This document shows positions 47,341 through 56,887 of a DNA stretch of 64,000 nt, one piece after another. The notes under the pieces are model-generated. The model saw only the letters and a list, made by a program, of their open reading frames with translations, was not told the DNA's origin and searched no databases. Numbering within the stretch: the first letter of the stretch is position 1; the number at the start of each line of letters is the position of its first letter. A program made the position numbers and the translations under genes. Source of the stretch: Longimicrobiales bacterium (GTDB lineage: Bacteria; Gemmatimonadota; Gemmatimonadetes; Longimicrobiales; Gaopeijiaceae); the NCBI GenBank assembly GCA_041690395.1, contig JAWLHJ010000001.1, positions 800,001 to 864,000 on the forward strand, read 5' to 3'.

Positions 47341-47994
47341 ATGCGATATGCGTCGCGCCCCGCCGCCATGATGTTGGCCCTCGTAACCGCGTTGGCCGCG
47401 TGCGAGGGCTCCTCGGGCCCGACGGGTCCTGCCGGACCCGCCGGGCCCGAGGGCCCCGAAGGGGCGCAGGGAGAGCAGGGGCCGCCCGGAACGGCGAACA
47501 TCATATCCGGACGCACGACCCTCACCGAGGCCGATTGGTCGAGCAGCACCCTCAGCATGACGTTCTCCTTCAGCCCGAACAGCGAGATCTTCCGGGCGCC
47601 CGCACGGTACGTGGACGTGGCGGCTCCCGAGATCACGTCCGAGGTCTACGAGAACGGGGCGGTACTGGTCTGGCTGAACGTCAGCAACCTCCAGGAGCAC
47701 TTCGCCCAGCTGCCATATCGATTCTTCCGCAACTCGTTCAACGCGTTCACCTGGACGTACGACGTGGTGGTCACCGAGGGCAACCTGCGCTTCCTCTTCA
47801 TGCACGAGAAGCTGGATCCCGCGGTGACGCCCCCGAGCCCGCTGGACGTCACGCAGCCGGACCGGGTCTTTCGGTGGGTGATCATTCCTCCCGCGGCCGG
47901 GATCGCGGCCGAGACCCTGCCGCTCTCGCAGGGAGCCGACGCGACGCTCGGCGCCCTCGAGCAGATGGGGTTCGGTGTGCTGACCGTACGCTGA
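47341..47994 (+). CDS. Lipoprotein with short collagen-like (G-X-Y) segment
   Basis: Lipobox LAAC followed by GPTGPAGPAGPEGPEGAQGEQGPPG. Confidence 0.8.
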   Translation: MRYASRPAAMMLALVTALAACEGSSGPTGPAGPAGPEGPEGAQGEQGPPGTANIISGRTTLTEADWSSSTLSMTFSFSPNSEIFRAPARYVDVAAPEITSEVYENGAVLVWLNVSNLQEHFAQLPYRFFRNSFNAFTWTYDVVVTEGNLRFLFMHEKLDPAVTPPSPLDVTQPDRVFRWVIIPPAAGIAAETLPLSQGADATLGALEQMGFGVLTVR

Positions 47995-48055
47995 GCGCGG
48001 CGGGGCCGGGCCGGGCGACCAACTGTCGCCCGGCCCCGCGGGCGTGGACCAGCCG

Positions 48056-48127
48056 CCGGGTTCGCGTGGGCCACCGGGTTTGCGTAGGCCACCGGGTTCG
48101 CGTAGGCCACCGGGTTCGGGCGAGCCG
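48056..48127. repeat. 18-bp tandem repeat, about 4 copies (ccgggttcgcgtaggcca)
   Basis: Units start at 48056, 48074, 48092 and 48110 (last degenerate). Confidence 0.8.
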
Positions 48128-48179
48128 GAAGGTTCGGGCGAGCCACCCGGGTGTGGGCCGCCGGTTCGGGCGACCTCGG

Positions 48180-48432
48180 GCGGGGAAAAGTGCACGATCC
48201 TGCACGGTCGGACTGATACATGGTGGGTTTTCCCCGCTGAGCGGGGCAAAGTGCACAGTCGCGGGGCGCCGTCCGCATCCATGTGAGGTTGTCCCCGCAT
48301 AGCGGGGACAATCCATACATTCGTCCGCTGGGCCTGCACGATCGTGCAGTTGTCCCCGGCGAGCCGGGGCAGGGCGACGTGTGGTTCTCCCCGCCGGGGC
48401 CGGAGCCGGGCGACCGTGCAGCATTCCCCCGC
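48180..48432. repeat. REP/REPIN-like hairpin array with 61-bp period
   Basis: Units start at 48180, 48241 and 48302, each bounded by gcgggg(a/c)(a/c)aa...tt(t/g)tccccg; a degenerate fourth unit follows. Confidence 0.7.
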
Positions 48433-48488
48433 CGGGCCGGGCCCGGCCGCCGATCCGCCGGGCCCGGCCCCGCTTGTGGCTTCAGCCT

Positions 48489-48634
48489 CCCGGGAGCGCT
48501 CGGCCCACCCCCGGCCGCGCCCCCGCGTCCGGCCTTCCCGGGAGCGCTCGCCTCACCCCCGGCCGCGCCTTCCACGTCCGGCCCTCGCGGGAGGCCCCGC
48601 TTCACCCCCCCGGCCGCGCCCCCGCGTCCGGGCT
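48489..48634. repeat. ~48-bp triple repeat including the ggt 3' end
   Basis: cacccccggccgcgcc...cgtccgg recurs in units starting near 48489, 48537 and 48586. Confidence 0.7.
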
Positions 48635-50362
48635 CCGCGGGTCGGGCGCGCCGATCCGCTCGCCGGTGGCCGGGTCGATGCCGATGGAGTTGGCCGACCC
48701 CTGCGTGCCGGTGACCTGCACCTCGTGCCCCATGTCCCGGAGCGCCTCCGCGACCTCGTCGGCGACGCCGTCCCCTTCGATCCGGATCCGGTCGGGGAGC
48801 CACTGGTGATGGATGCGCGGCGCCGCCACGGCCTCGCGGATGTCCATGTCGAAGTCGACGGTGTTGAGCACGAGTTGGAGCACGGTGTTGATGATGGTGC
48901 GTCCACCGGGTGAGCCGATCACCGCGACGAGCTCTCCGTCCCGTGCGACGATGGTCGGTGTCATGGACGAGAGCATGCGCTGACCGGGGCGGGCGAGGTT
49001 CGGCTTCGTGCCGATGAGGCCGCCCTCGGTCGTGAGGCCGGGCGCCGCGTTGAAATCGCCCATCTCGTTGTTCAGCAGGAAACCCGCGCCCGGGACGACG
49101 ATCTCCGAGCCGTACCCCTGCTCGAGCGTGTACGTCACGGACACCGCCATGCCGTCGGCGTCGACCACGGAGTAGTGGGTCGTCTCCGGGCTCTCGTACC
49201 CGATCTCCACGTCGGTCGGGTGAGACACGGACGCATGCGCGGGGTTCAGGTCGTGCCGGAGCCAGGCCGCATGCGCCTTGCTGGTCAGGGTGTGCAGGGG
49301 CACATCGACGTAGTCGGTGTCGGCGAGATGGGTCGCCCGATCGCGGAACGCTCTCCGCATGGCCTCGGCCACATGGTGGACGTAGGCGGCGCTGTTGTGC
49401 CCGATCGAACCCAGGTCGTACGCCTCGAGGATATTCAGCGCCGTGACGATCGCCACGCCGCCCGAGCTCGGCGGAGGCATGGAGATGATGTCGTAACCGC
49501 GGTACGTGCCGGTGATGGCCGTCCGCTCGTGCGCGTCGTACCGCTCGAGGTCCTCCTCGGTGATGATGCCGCCGCCGCGCCGCATCTCCTGCGCGATCAG
49601 CCGCGCCGTCTCGCCCCGGTAGAAGCCGTCGCGTCCCTCGTCCCGGATGCGCTCGAGCGAACCCGCGAGGTCCGGCTGGCGCAGGGTCTCCCCCGGCTCG
49701 TAGGGCGTGCCGTTCCTGCTGAATGCCGCGATGCTGGCCTCGTACGGCGTCCGACCGACGAAGTTGGCGAGGGAACGCGCGAGCGCGTCGCTCAGCTCGA
49801 AGCCGTCGCGTGCGAGGGTGACGGAAGGTTCCACGAGCGAGCTCCACTCGGCGCGACCATAGAGCCGATGGGCCTTGTCGAAGCCGGCCACGGTTCCGGG
49901 CACGCCCACCGCGAGGTGACTGTCGTGATGCCGCTCGTAGGAGTACTCCCCGTTCTCGTCGAGCCACATCTCCGGATGCGCGGCGCCGGGGGCCTCTTCA
50001 CGGAAGTCGAGGGTCGTGGACTCACCATTGGGGAAGCGGATGACCATGAACCCGCCCCCGCCGATGTTGCCGGCCGTGGGGTGCGTCACCGCGAGCGCGA
50101 ACCCGGTGGCGATGGCCGCGTCGACCGCGTTGCCGCCAGCCGCGAGCACGTCGGCGCCGACCTCGCTCGCGATCCACTGCTGCGCGCTGACGACGCCGCC
50201 GGTGGTCCGGACGGTCTCGGGTGCCTGGCCCGGCAGGGTCTGGGCGGCGAGCCCCGCCGGTGCGCCGCCCGTCGTGAGCGCCGACGTGAGCGGCTGCGCG
50301 AGGAGCGCCAGCGCGAGGAGGAGCGGTTGCATGAGCCGGAGTCGCGATCGGGCAGCGGACAT
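48602..50362 (-). CDS. ggt: Gamma-glutamyltransferase
   Basis: GGNAVDAA, DFRE.AP, ETTHYSVVD (catalytic Thr), LNNEMGDF, LSSMTPT, GSPGG. Confidence 0.95.
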   Translation of the reverse strand: MSAARSRLRLMQPLLLALALLAQPLTSALTTGGAPAGLAAQTLPGQAPETVRTTGGVVSAQQWIASEVGADVLAAGGNAVDAAIATGFALAVTHPTAGNIGGGGFMVIRFPNGESTTLDFREEAPGAAHPEMWLDENGEYSYERHHDSHLAVGVPGTVAGFDKAHRLYGRAEWSSLVEPSVTLARDGFELSDALARSLANFVGRTPYEASIAAFSRNGTPYEPGETLRQPDLAGSLERIRDEGRDGFYRGETARLIAQEMRRGGGIITEEDLERYDAHERTAITGTYRGYDIISMPPPSSGGVAIVTALNILEAYDLGSIGHNSAAYVHHVAEAMRRAFRDRATHLADTDYVDVPLHTLTSKAHAAWLRHDLNPAHASVSHPTDVEIGYESPETTHYSVVDADGMAVSVTYTLEQGYGSEIVVPGAGFLLNNEMGDFNAAPGLTTEGGLIGTKPNLARPGQRMLSSMTPTIVARDGELVAVIGSPGGRTIINTVLQLVLNTVDFDMDIREAVAAPRIHHQWLPDRIRIEGDGVADEVAEALRDMGHEVQVTGTQGSANSIGIDPATGERIGAPDPRSPDAGARPGG

Positions 50363-50494
50363 GAATCCCCCGGGATGGCTGTGGTGGGTCGGTTCGGACG
50401 CGACAACATTCGGCCGAGGGGCCGGTCACGCCACCCGCGCGGCGATCGGGCATCGCTTGACAACGAGGGTCACGACCCGAATGTTGCGAAAAAA

Positions 50495-50510
50495 CAGACC
50501 AGTCGGTCTA
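50495..50510. promoter_or_regulatory. NemR-type TetR operator
   Basis: CAGACCAGTCGGTCTA immediately upstream of the TetR gene. Confidence 0.75.
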
Positions 50511-50522
50511 ACCAGGGCGCCC

Positions 50523-51113
50523 ATGCCGCACCCCACGAAATTAGAGTTGCTCGAGACCGGGTTGATCCTGCTCCTGGAGCACGGTTACAACGACCTCGGC
50601 ATCCAGAGCCTCCTCCGAGAGGCCGGGGTGCCGCGCGGCTCGTTCTACCATCACTTCGAGAGCAAGGAGGACTTCGCGCTCCAGGTGGTGGATCTCTACA
50701 TGGAACGCGTGCATCAGGCGCTGCGGGCGTGCGTGGCCGACGAGTCCCGCCCGCCTCTGGAGCGGGTGCGGGGCTTCTTCGAGATGACCATGGGCCAGTA
50801 CCGTCAGGACGGCTACCTCGGCTGCATGCTGGGTGGCCTCGGGCAGGAGCTCTCGGGCGTGAACGACGCGTTCCGCGAGAAGATCGACGGCTGTTTCAAC
50901 GAGATCGGGGGGATCCTGTCGGGCTGCCTCGAGGAGGCCTGCCGGGCGGGCGACCTGCCGGCCGATACCGACTGCGCCCACATGGCCGCGTTGCTAATCG
51001 ACTGCTGGGAGGGCGCGGCGCTGCGGAGTCGCCTGCGGCGGAGCCCGGCCCCCCTCGACGCGATGCTCGACTTCTACTTCGGGCGCGTGGGGCAGGGAGT
51101 CACGGCACCATGA
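50523..51113 (+). CDS. TetR family regulator, NemR-like, Cys-rich
   Basis: GVPRGSFYHHFESKE HTH, GCML..L.QE, WEGA; 7 Cys. Confidence 0.9.
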   Translation: MPHPTKLELLETGLILLLEHGYNDLGIQSLLREAGVPRGSFYHHFESKEDFALQVVDLYMERVHQALRACVADESRPPLERVRGFFEMTMGQYRQDGYLGCMLGGLGQELSGVNDAFREKIDGCFNEIGGILSGCLEEACRAGDLPADTDCAHMAALLIDCWEGAALRSRLRRSPAPLDAMLDFYFGRVGQGVTAP

Positions 51114-51177
51114 GCGGGACCCATACCGTGCGCCGCCCCGCTCTCCCGGCACTCGTCTTTTCGTTTTGTGCATGGAG

Positions 51178-51193
51178 TAGACCGACCGGTCTA
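51178..51193. promoter_or_regulatory. NemR-type TetR operator
   Basis: TAGACCGACCGGTCTA upstream of the globin gene. Confidence 0.8.
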
Positions 51194-51226
51194 TTCGTTT
51201 CGTTCCCCAATCAGGAGGATCTCATC

Positions 51227-51604
51227 ATGGAGACTTCGACGCTCTACGAACGGCTGGGTGGCGCCGACGGCATCGATGCCATCGTCGACGACATCGTCGC
51301 GGCGCACATGGAGAACCCGCTGATCTCGGCCCGGTTCAGGCCGTACGCGGAAGACCGCGACCGGCTGAGCCAGATCAAGGAGCACCTCCGCACGTTCCTG
51401 GCCGCAGGGAGTGGCGGACCTGCCCATTACGCCGGGCGGAGCATGCCCGACGCGCACCGCGGCATGAACATCAGCGTGGCCGAGTACATGGCGGCGGTAG
51501 ACGACATCATGGCCGTTCTCGAGCGGAACGGCGTGGGCGAGTCGGCGCAGAAGGACGTGCTCGCGATCACCTATCAACTCAAGGAAGAGATCGTGCACGT
51601 CTGA
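51227..51604 (+). CDS. Group I truncated hemoglobin
   Basis: TLYERLGG, GGP..Y.GRSM..AH.GM; AGGAGG ribosome-binding site. Confidence 0.9.
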   Translation: METSTLYERLGGADGIDAIVDDIVAAHMENPLISARFRPYAEDRDRLSQIKEHLRTFLAAGSGGPAHYAGRSMPDAHRGMNISVAEYMAAVDDIMAVLERNGVGESAQKDVLAITYQLKEEIVHV

Positions 51605-51713
51605 CGGTGACGCGGCCCCGGGGGGTGCCCACGGGTCGACGAGCGCTCATGTTGCGGGGTGGGTCCGGGCGTCTGCCCGGGCGAAGAACGACTCACGCAA
51701 ACGGGATGTCACC

Positions 51714-52271
51714 ATGAGCGGACCCATCGATGCACGTGCCGTATCCGACATCATGCACACCGATCTCGTGACGGTCGAAGCGAGCATGACCCTCCGGGAG
51801 GCCGTCGAAGTGCTCCGGGGCGCCGGCGTCAGTGGCGCCCCGGTTCTCCGGGGGAGCCGACTCGTGGGCGTCCTTTCGGGCACCGACATCCTCGAGTTGG
51901 AGGCCATCTCACCGGCGGCGCCCCGCGAGGTGCCCGGGGCGTCGGACTGGTCCGAGGGAGAGAGCCGGCCCGACGAGGAGGAGGTGGAGAACCCCTCGGC
52001 CTTCTTCTACGCACGCAGGGAAGACGCCGACGCGCTCTGGACCCGCATGACGGCGTCCGACGGACCCGAGTGGGACCAGCTCGAACGACACACGGTCGGG
52101 GAGGTCATGTCGCCGGACCTCGTGACGGTGTCCTCCGTCACGACGCTTCCCGACGCGGCGCGACTCATGCTCGACCACCACATCCATCGGGTTCTCGTGG
52201 TCGATGGTGACGACCTGGTCGGCGTGGTGAGCGCCTTCGACTTCGTGAGGGTGGTGGCCGAAACGGACTGA
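51714..52271 (+). CDS. CBS domain protein
   Basis: Two CBS repeats (SGAPV...LVGVLS.TD; IHRVLV...LVGVVS.FD). Confidence 0.9.
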   Translation: MSGPIDARAVSDIMHTDLVTVEASMTLREAVEVLRGAGVSGAPVLRGSRLVGVLSGTDILELEAISPAAPREVPGASDWSEGESRPDEEEVENPSAFFYARREDADALWTRMTASDGPEWDQLERHTVGEVMSPDLVTVSSVTTLPDAARLMLDHHIHRVLVVDGDDLVGVVSAFDFVRVVAETD

Positions 52272-52386
52272 GGGGGCGGGCGCGGCCGTCACGGCGGCCC
52301 CCCACCCGCTCTCGCCGATCGCCGGCGTCCCGCGTACGTTGACCCTCCCGCCGGGGATCGTCACCCGCAGCAGGAGAGAGCCAGCC

Positions 52387-54456
52387 ATGCTCACGCGCAC
52401 CGCCCTCCCGACTCCCGCCGCCCGGACCGTGCTCGCCACGTTCGCCGCCGTCGCCGCGTTCGTCGCGGCCCCGCCCGCCGCCCAGGCCCAGCAGGACGAC
52501 GTCCGCACCGTCTCGCTCGAGATGTATCTCGACCTCGAGAGCGTGTCGGATCCGCAGATCTCCCCGGACGGCGCCGAGATCGTCTACACGCGCGGCTGGG
52601 TCGACAAGATGAGCGACAGCCGCGAGTCGGCGGTCTGGATCATGAACGCCGACGGGACGCGCAACCGCTTCCTCGTCGAGGGATCCGGCCCGGTGTGGTC
52701 ACCGGACGGAACGCGGATCGCGTACACCGCGCCGGGCGAGCCGAGCGGCACGCAGATCTTCGTCCGCTGGATGGACGCGGAGGGCGCGACCAGCCAGATC
52801 ACGCGGCTCACCGAGAGCCCGAGCGGCATCCGGTGGTCGCCCGACGGTACGCGCCTCTCGTTCACCATGAACGTCGAAGCAGAGCCCGCGTTCACGGTGG
52901 ATCCGCCAGGCCGGCCCGATGGGGCGCGGTGGACGGAGGCGCCACGGGTCGTCACGCGCGCCGACTACCGACAGGACCGCGTCGGCTTCGTGGACGGGGC
53001 CTGGCGGCACGTCTTCGTGGTGCCGGCCGAGGGCGGGACGGCCCGCCAGCTCACCGACGGCGACTGGAACCACTCGACCGGCGAGTGGACCCCGGACGGC
53101 CGCGAGCTCGTGTTCAGCTCCCTCCGCACGGAAGACGCGGAGCTCTCCTGGCGCGAGTCCGAGGTGTACGCGGTGGACGTGGCCAGCGGCGAGATCCGTC
53201 AGCTCACCACGCGGCGCGGCCAGGACAGCGGCCCGATCCCGTCCCCGCGCGGTGATCTCATCGCCTACCGGGGATCGGACTTCCACGAGGACACGTACCG
53301 GAACTCGGGTGTCTGGGTGATGGGCCGCGACGGACAGAGCCCGCACCTGATCTCCGGGGACTTCGACAGGCAGATCAACGACATGCAGTGGGCGAAGGAC
53401 GGGAGCGGCCTCTACCTCACGGTGAGTAGCGAAGGTGCGCGTAATCTGCACTTCGCCTCGGTCGATGGCGGGGTGCGCCAGATCTCCACCGGCGATCATC
53501 TGCTCGCGCTGTCGTCGCTCACCGCGGACGGTCGGGCGGTCGGCACCTTCACGAGTCCCCATGTCCCGACGGACCTCGTCTCGTTCCGGCTCTCGGACCC
53601 GGACGGCACACGCACGCAGCTCACCCGCGTGAACGACGACGTCCTCGGCGACCTCACCTTCGGCGACGTCGAGGAGATCTGGTACGAGTCGGTCGACGAC
53701 TACCGCATCCAGGGGTGGATCATCAAGCCGCCGGACTTCGACCCGGGCCAGCGCTACCCGCTCATGCTCGCCATCCATGGCGGCCCGCACAGCATGTACC
53801 ATGTGGGCTTCAACTTCGGCTGGCAGGAGCACGCGGCGAACGGCTACGTCATCCTCTACACGAACCCGCGCGGGAGCACCGGCTACGGGAGCGCGTTCGC
53901 GAACGCCATCAAGAATGCGTATCCGGGCAAGGACTACGACGACCTCATGGCGGGCGTAGACGAGGTGCTGTCCCGCGGCTACATCGACGAGCAGAACATG
54001 TTCGTCTACGGATGCTCGGGCGGGGGCGTGCTGACGTCGTGGGTCGTGGGGCAGACCGACCGGTTCGCCGCGGCGTCGGCCAACTGTCCGGTCACGAACT
54101 GGCTCTCGTTCGTCGGGACCACCGACGGCATCGGCTGGTACCGGAACTTCGAGACCTTCCCTTGGGACGATCCGAGCGAGCACCTGAGGCGCTCGCCGCT
54201 CATGCACGTGGGCAACGTCACCACACCGACCATGCTGATGACCGGCGTGAACGATCTCCGCACCCCGATGCCGCAGACCGAGGAGTACTACGCAGCGCTC
54301 AAGGTGATGGGGGTGCCCACGGCCATGATCCGCTTCAACGACGAGTGGCACGGCACGTCGAGCAACCCGTCGAACTTCATGCGGACGCAGCTGTTCCTGA
54401 GGAAGTGGTTCGAGATGCACGCGCGGCCGCGGAGCATGACGGAGGACGGGTCGTAG
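52387..54456 (+). CDS. Secreted S9 family peptidase
   Basis: Signal peptide, WSPDG propeller repeats, IHGGP, GCSGGG nucleophile, D.R, EWHG. Confidence 0.92.
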   Translation: MLTRTALPTPAARTVLATFAAVAAFVAAPPAAQAQQDDVRTVSLEMYLDLESVSDPQISPDGAEIVYTRGWVDKMSDSRESAVWIMNADGTRNRFLVEGSGPVWSPDGTRIAYTAPGEPSGTQIFVRWMDAEGATSQITRLTESPSGIRWSPDGTRLSFTMNVEAEPAFTVDPPGRPDGARWTEAPRVVTRADYRQDRVGFVDGAWRHVFVVPAEGGTARQLTDGDWNHSTGEWTPDGRELVFSSLRTEDAELSWRESEVYAVDVASGEIRQLTTRRGQDSGPIPSPRGDLIAYRGSDFHEDTYRNSGVWVMGRDGQSPHLISGDFDRQINDMQWAKDGSGLYLTVSSEGARNLHFASVDGGVRQISTGDHLLALSSLTADGRAVGTFTSPHVPTDLVSFRLSDPDGTRTQLTRVNDDVLGDLTFGDVEEIWYESVDDYRIQGWIIKPPDFDPGQRYPLMLAIHGGPHSMYHVGFNFGWQEHAANGYVILYTNPRGSTGYGSAFANAIKNAYPGKDYDDLMAGVDEVLSRGYIDEQNMFVYGCSGGGVLTSWVVGQTDRFAAASANCPVTNWLSFVGTTDGIGWYRNFETFPWDDPSEHLRRSPLMHVGNVTTPTMLMTGVNDLRTPMPQTEEYYAALKVMGVPTAMIRFNDEWHGTSSNPSNFMRTQLFLRKWFEMHARPRSMTEDGS

Positions 54457-54544
54457 GGGCGAGCGTCGCGACGCAGTGCCCGGCCGCGGCGCGAGGAGCC
54501 TGGCTCGGCTGCCACACGAGTCTTTGTCCCGGTATCTTTCAGGC

Positions 54545-54751
54545 ATGGATCGACGAACCCGACTATCCGTTCGTGTCGGGTCTCTCGGCGACGAGGGACC
54601 CGACGAGGATGTGCTACTCCGGACGCCCGCGGAGCGGCTCGAGATGATGTGGCAGCTCGCCGCGGATGCGTGGGCCTTCAAGGGAGATGCCGAGGGTGCT
54701 GAATCCAGACTTCAAAGACATGTTGTCCGCGTTGTCCGAGGAGGGCGTTGA
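54545..54751 (+). CDS. Small hypothetical partner of the nucleotidyltransferase
   Basis: TPAERLEM..QL pattern; overlaps the downstream gene. Confidence 0.6.
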   Translation: MDRRTRLSVRVGSLGDEGPDEDVLLRTPAERLEMMWQLAADAWAFKGDAEGAESRLQRHVVRVVRGGR

Positions 54752-55148
54752 GTTCCTTCTCGTCGGAGCCTACGCGATGGCCGTGCACGGAATGCCTCGC
54801 GCCACCGGCGATCTCGACATCTGGATTCGCGCGACCAGGGACAACGCGGAGCGTCTGATGAGCGCGCTCGGCAGATTCGGAGCACCCCTAGAGTCCTTCG
54901 CCGTAGAGGACTTCTCTCGCCCGGACGTTGTCGTTCAGATCGGAGTCGCGCCCCGGCGATTGGACTTCCTCACGAGCATCGACGGTGTCGAGTTCGACGG
55001 CGCTTGGCTCGACAGAGCCGTGGTCCGAGTCGACGGGCTCGATGTGCCCGTCATCTCGCTCGCCGACCTGAAGGTGAACAAACGGGCGGTGGGGCGTCCG
55101 AGGGACCTGGCCGATGTCCAAGAGCTCGAGGCCCTCGACGACAGCTGA
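54687..55148 (+). CDS. Nucleotidyltransferase (DUF6036-like)
   Basis: VGAYAM..HG.PRATGDLD, NK...GRPRDLAD. Confidence 0.85.
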   Translation: MPRVLNPDFKDMLSALSEEGVEFLLVGAYAMAVHGMPRATGDLDIWIRATRDNAERLMSALGRFGAPLESFAVEDFSRPDVVVQIGVAPRRLDFLTSIDGVEFDGAWLDRAVVRVDGLDVPVISLADLKVNKRAVGRPRDLADVQELEALDDS

Positions 55149-55270
55149 TACGGAACAAGACGTCGGTCCTTTTCTTGCATGCTTCATGGGCGCGCGCCTA
55201 CCTTTCGGCGCGGTCGACGGGGCGCCACCATCCCCGATCCTATCCCTGATTTCCGTGGATTCATTCGAGC

Positions 55271-56887
55271 ATGTCGGACAGGCGCGAGGCATCCGCGAGG
55301 TCACCGGATGCGGGGAACGACCGGGGGGCGCCGGGACCGGGGTCCGACCGTAAGCGCGTGCTCCTGCTCGAGTGCCGTCTCGAACAGATGCAGGCTGCGC
55401 TCGCCACGGCTCGTGAGGAGGCCGACCACGTTCGCGGCAAGCTCGCCGAGGTCGCCGCGCGGGAGACCGAGCATGCTCGCCGTTTCTGCCTCGTCCACGA
55501 GGAGTTGGCCGAGGCACGCGCCGAGATCGCGGTGCTGCATCGGCACCTGGAGCGCTCGGAGGCCCTGCGGGCCGAGATCGCCGGACATCTCTTCGAGGGT
55601 GGCGTCGGCGAAGACACCGGGGAGCTCATCCGGCTTCGCCGAAAGGCGCTCGCGGAGGACCAGCGGGCGTTGATCAGCGACCGCACGGTGACACGATTGA
55701 GGGCACGGGTGGAGGAGCTCGTCGCGAGTCGGGAGACGCTGCTCACGCGGATCGCCGAGTGGCAACAGCTGATCCGGGAGGACGGCCCCGAAGCCGCCGA
55801 CCTTTCCGAGTTCCTGGCCGAGCTCCGCCGGGAGATCCTGGACCTGGAGCGTCGTGGGGCTTCCAGCGATGCCCGCGAGGCGAAGCTGCGGGAGCGCCTT
55901 GCGCTCGCGGGCATCGAGCTGGATGAGGAGGGCGAGCAGCGCGCGAGCACCCGGGACGAGCTCCCGGCCGTGGAGACGCAGTCGACGACCGCCGAGCCAC
56001 CCGTCGCGGAGACGGTGGCCGAGGAGCCGGCGCCCACAGAGGCCGGCAAGGAGCCGGCCCCCCCGGAGCCGGCCACCGCGGAGGCCGCCGATGAGCCGGT
56101 CGTCGCGGAGCCGGTCACCGTAGAGGCCGCCGATAAGCCGGCCGCCAACGAGCCGGCCACCGCAGACGTCACCGCCGAGCCGGTCGCCGCCGAGCCGGTC
56201 ACCGCCGCGCCGGTCACCGGCGAGCCTTCCGAGGCTGCGATCGCCGAGATCATGCTCCCCGAGCCTGAGCCAGCGACCGCCGACCCGGCCGAAGCCGCGA
56301 CCGCCGACCCGGACGAAGCCGCGACGACCGACGAGCCGACGGCGGAGGCCGAGCCCGCCGACGCTCCGGACGAGGCCGAGCCCGCCGCGGTCGAAGGCGC
56401 GCTCCCCGAATCGCGCGGCGCCCCTTCGGGACCGCCGACCGCGAGCCGGACCGATGCGCTGATCGCCGAGCTCCTCGACGCGCAGTTGCCGGAGCTCCGG
56501 GCCGACCTGCTGCTTCGGCTGGGCCGTACCGGAGACGTGGGCGCGGCGGACACCGTCCGGCCGTGGACGAGATCGTCCGAGCCGTCTGTGCGCGCCGCGG
56601 CCTACGAGGCGCTCGGCCGCCTCCTCGAGCGGGAGCCGGAAGCGCTGGAGCCGCACCTGCGCAACGGGCTCTCGGACACGGACGCGCGGGTACGCCGTCG
56701 CGTCGTGCTGGCCACGGCGACGGCCCGGGGGCTGGAGCCGCACGCGCTCCTCGACGGGCTGCGCGAGGATGCGGACCCGCAGGTGCGCCGTCTGGTCCGT
56801 CAGGTGCTCCGTCAGGCGCCGTCGGCGGACCTGTCGTCCGATGCCGTGGCTGGCCCTTCCGTTCCGAAACGATTTTCGAGGGTTTGA
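55271..56887 (+). CDS. pomY: PomY-like protein: coiled coil, Ala/Glu/Pro-rich disordered region, HEAT repeats
   Basis: Domain order and position upstream of a PomZ-like ParA; HEAT-like VRAAAYEALG and D.DARVRR. Confidence 0.65.
   Translation: MSDRREASARSPDAGNDRGAPGPGSDRKRVLLLECRLEQMQAALATAREEADHVRGKLAEVAARETEHARRFCLVHEELAEARAEIAVLHRHLERSEALRAEIAGHLFEGGVGEDTGELIRLRRKALAEDQRALISDRTVTRLRARVEELVASRETLLTRIAEWQQLIREDGPEAADLSEFLAELRREILDLERRGASSDAREAKLRERLALAGIELDEEGEQRASTRDELPAVETQSTTAEPPVAETVAEEPAPTEAGKEPAPPEPATAEAADEPVVAEPVTVEAADKPAANEPATADVTAEPVAAEPVTAAPVTGEPSEAAIAEIMLPEPEPATADPAEAATADPDEAATTDEPTAEAEPADAPDEAEPAAVEGALPESRGAPSGPPTASRTDALIAELLDAQLPELRADLLLRLGRTGDVGAADTVRPWTRSSEPSVRAAAYEALGRLLEREPEALEPHLRNGLSDTDARVRRRVVLATATARGLEPHALLDGLREDADPQVRRLVRQVLRQAPSADLSSDAVAGPSVPKRFSRV

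Noticed and set aside
48180..48432. Type I-E CRISPR array
   Set aside because: Repeats are not identical, loops are 3 nt, the would-be spacers are related to one another, and there are no cas genes or leader in the window.
49175..51226. 809-aa globin fusion ORF
   Set aside because: The upstream part is a shadow of ggt and an alternative frame of tetR; the globin starts at 51227 with AGGAGG.
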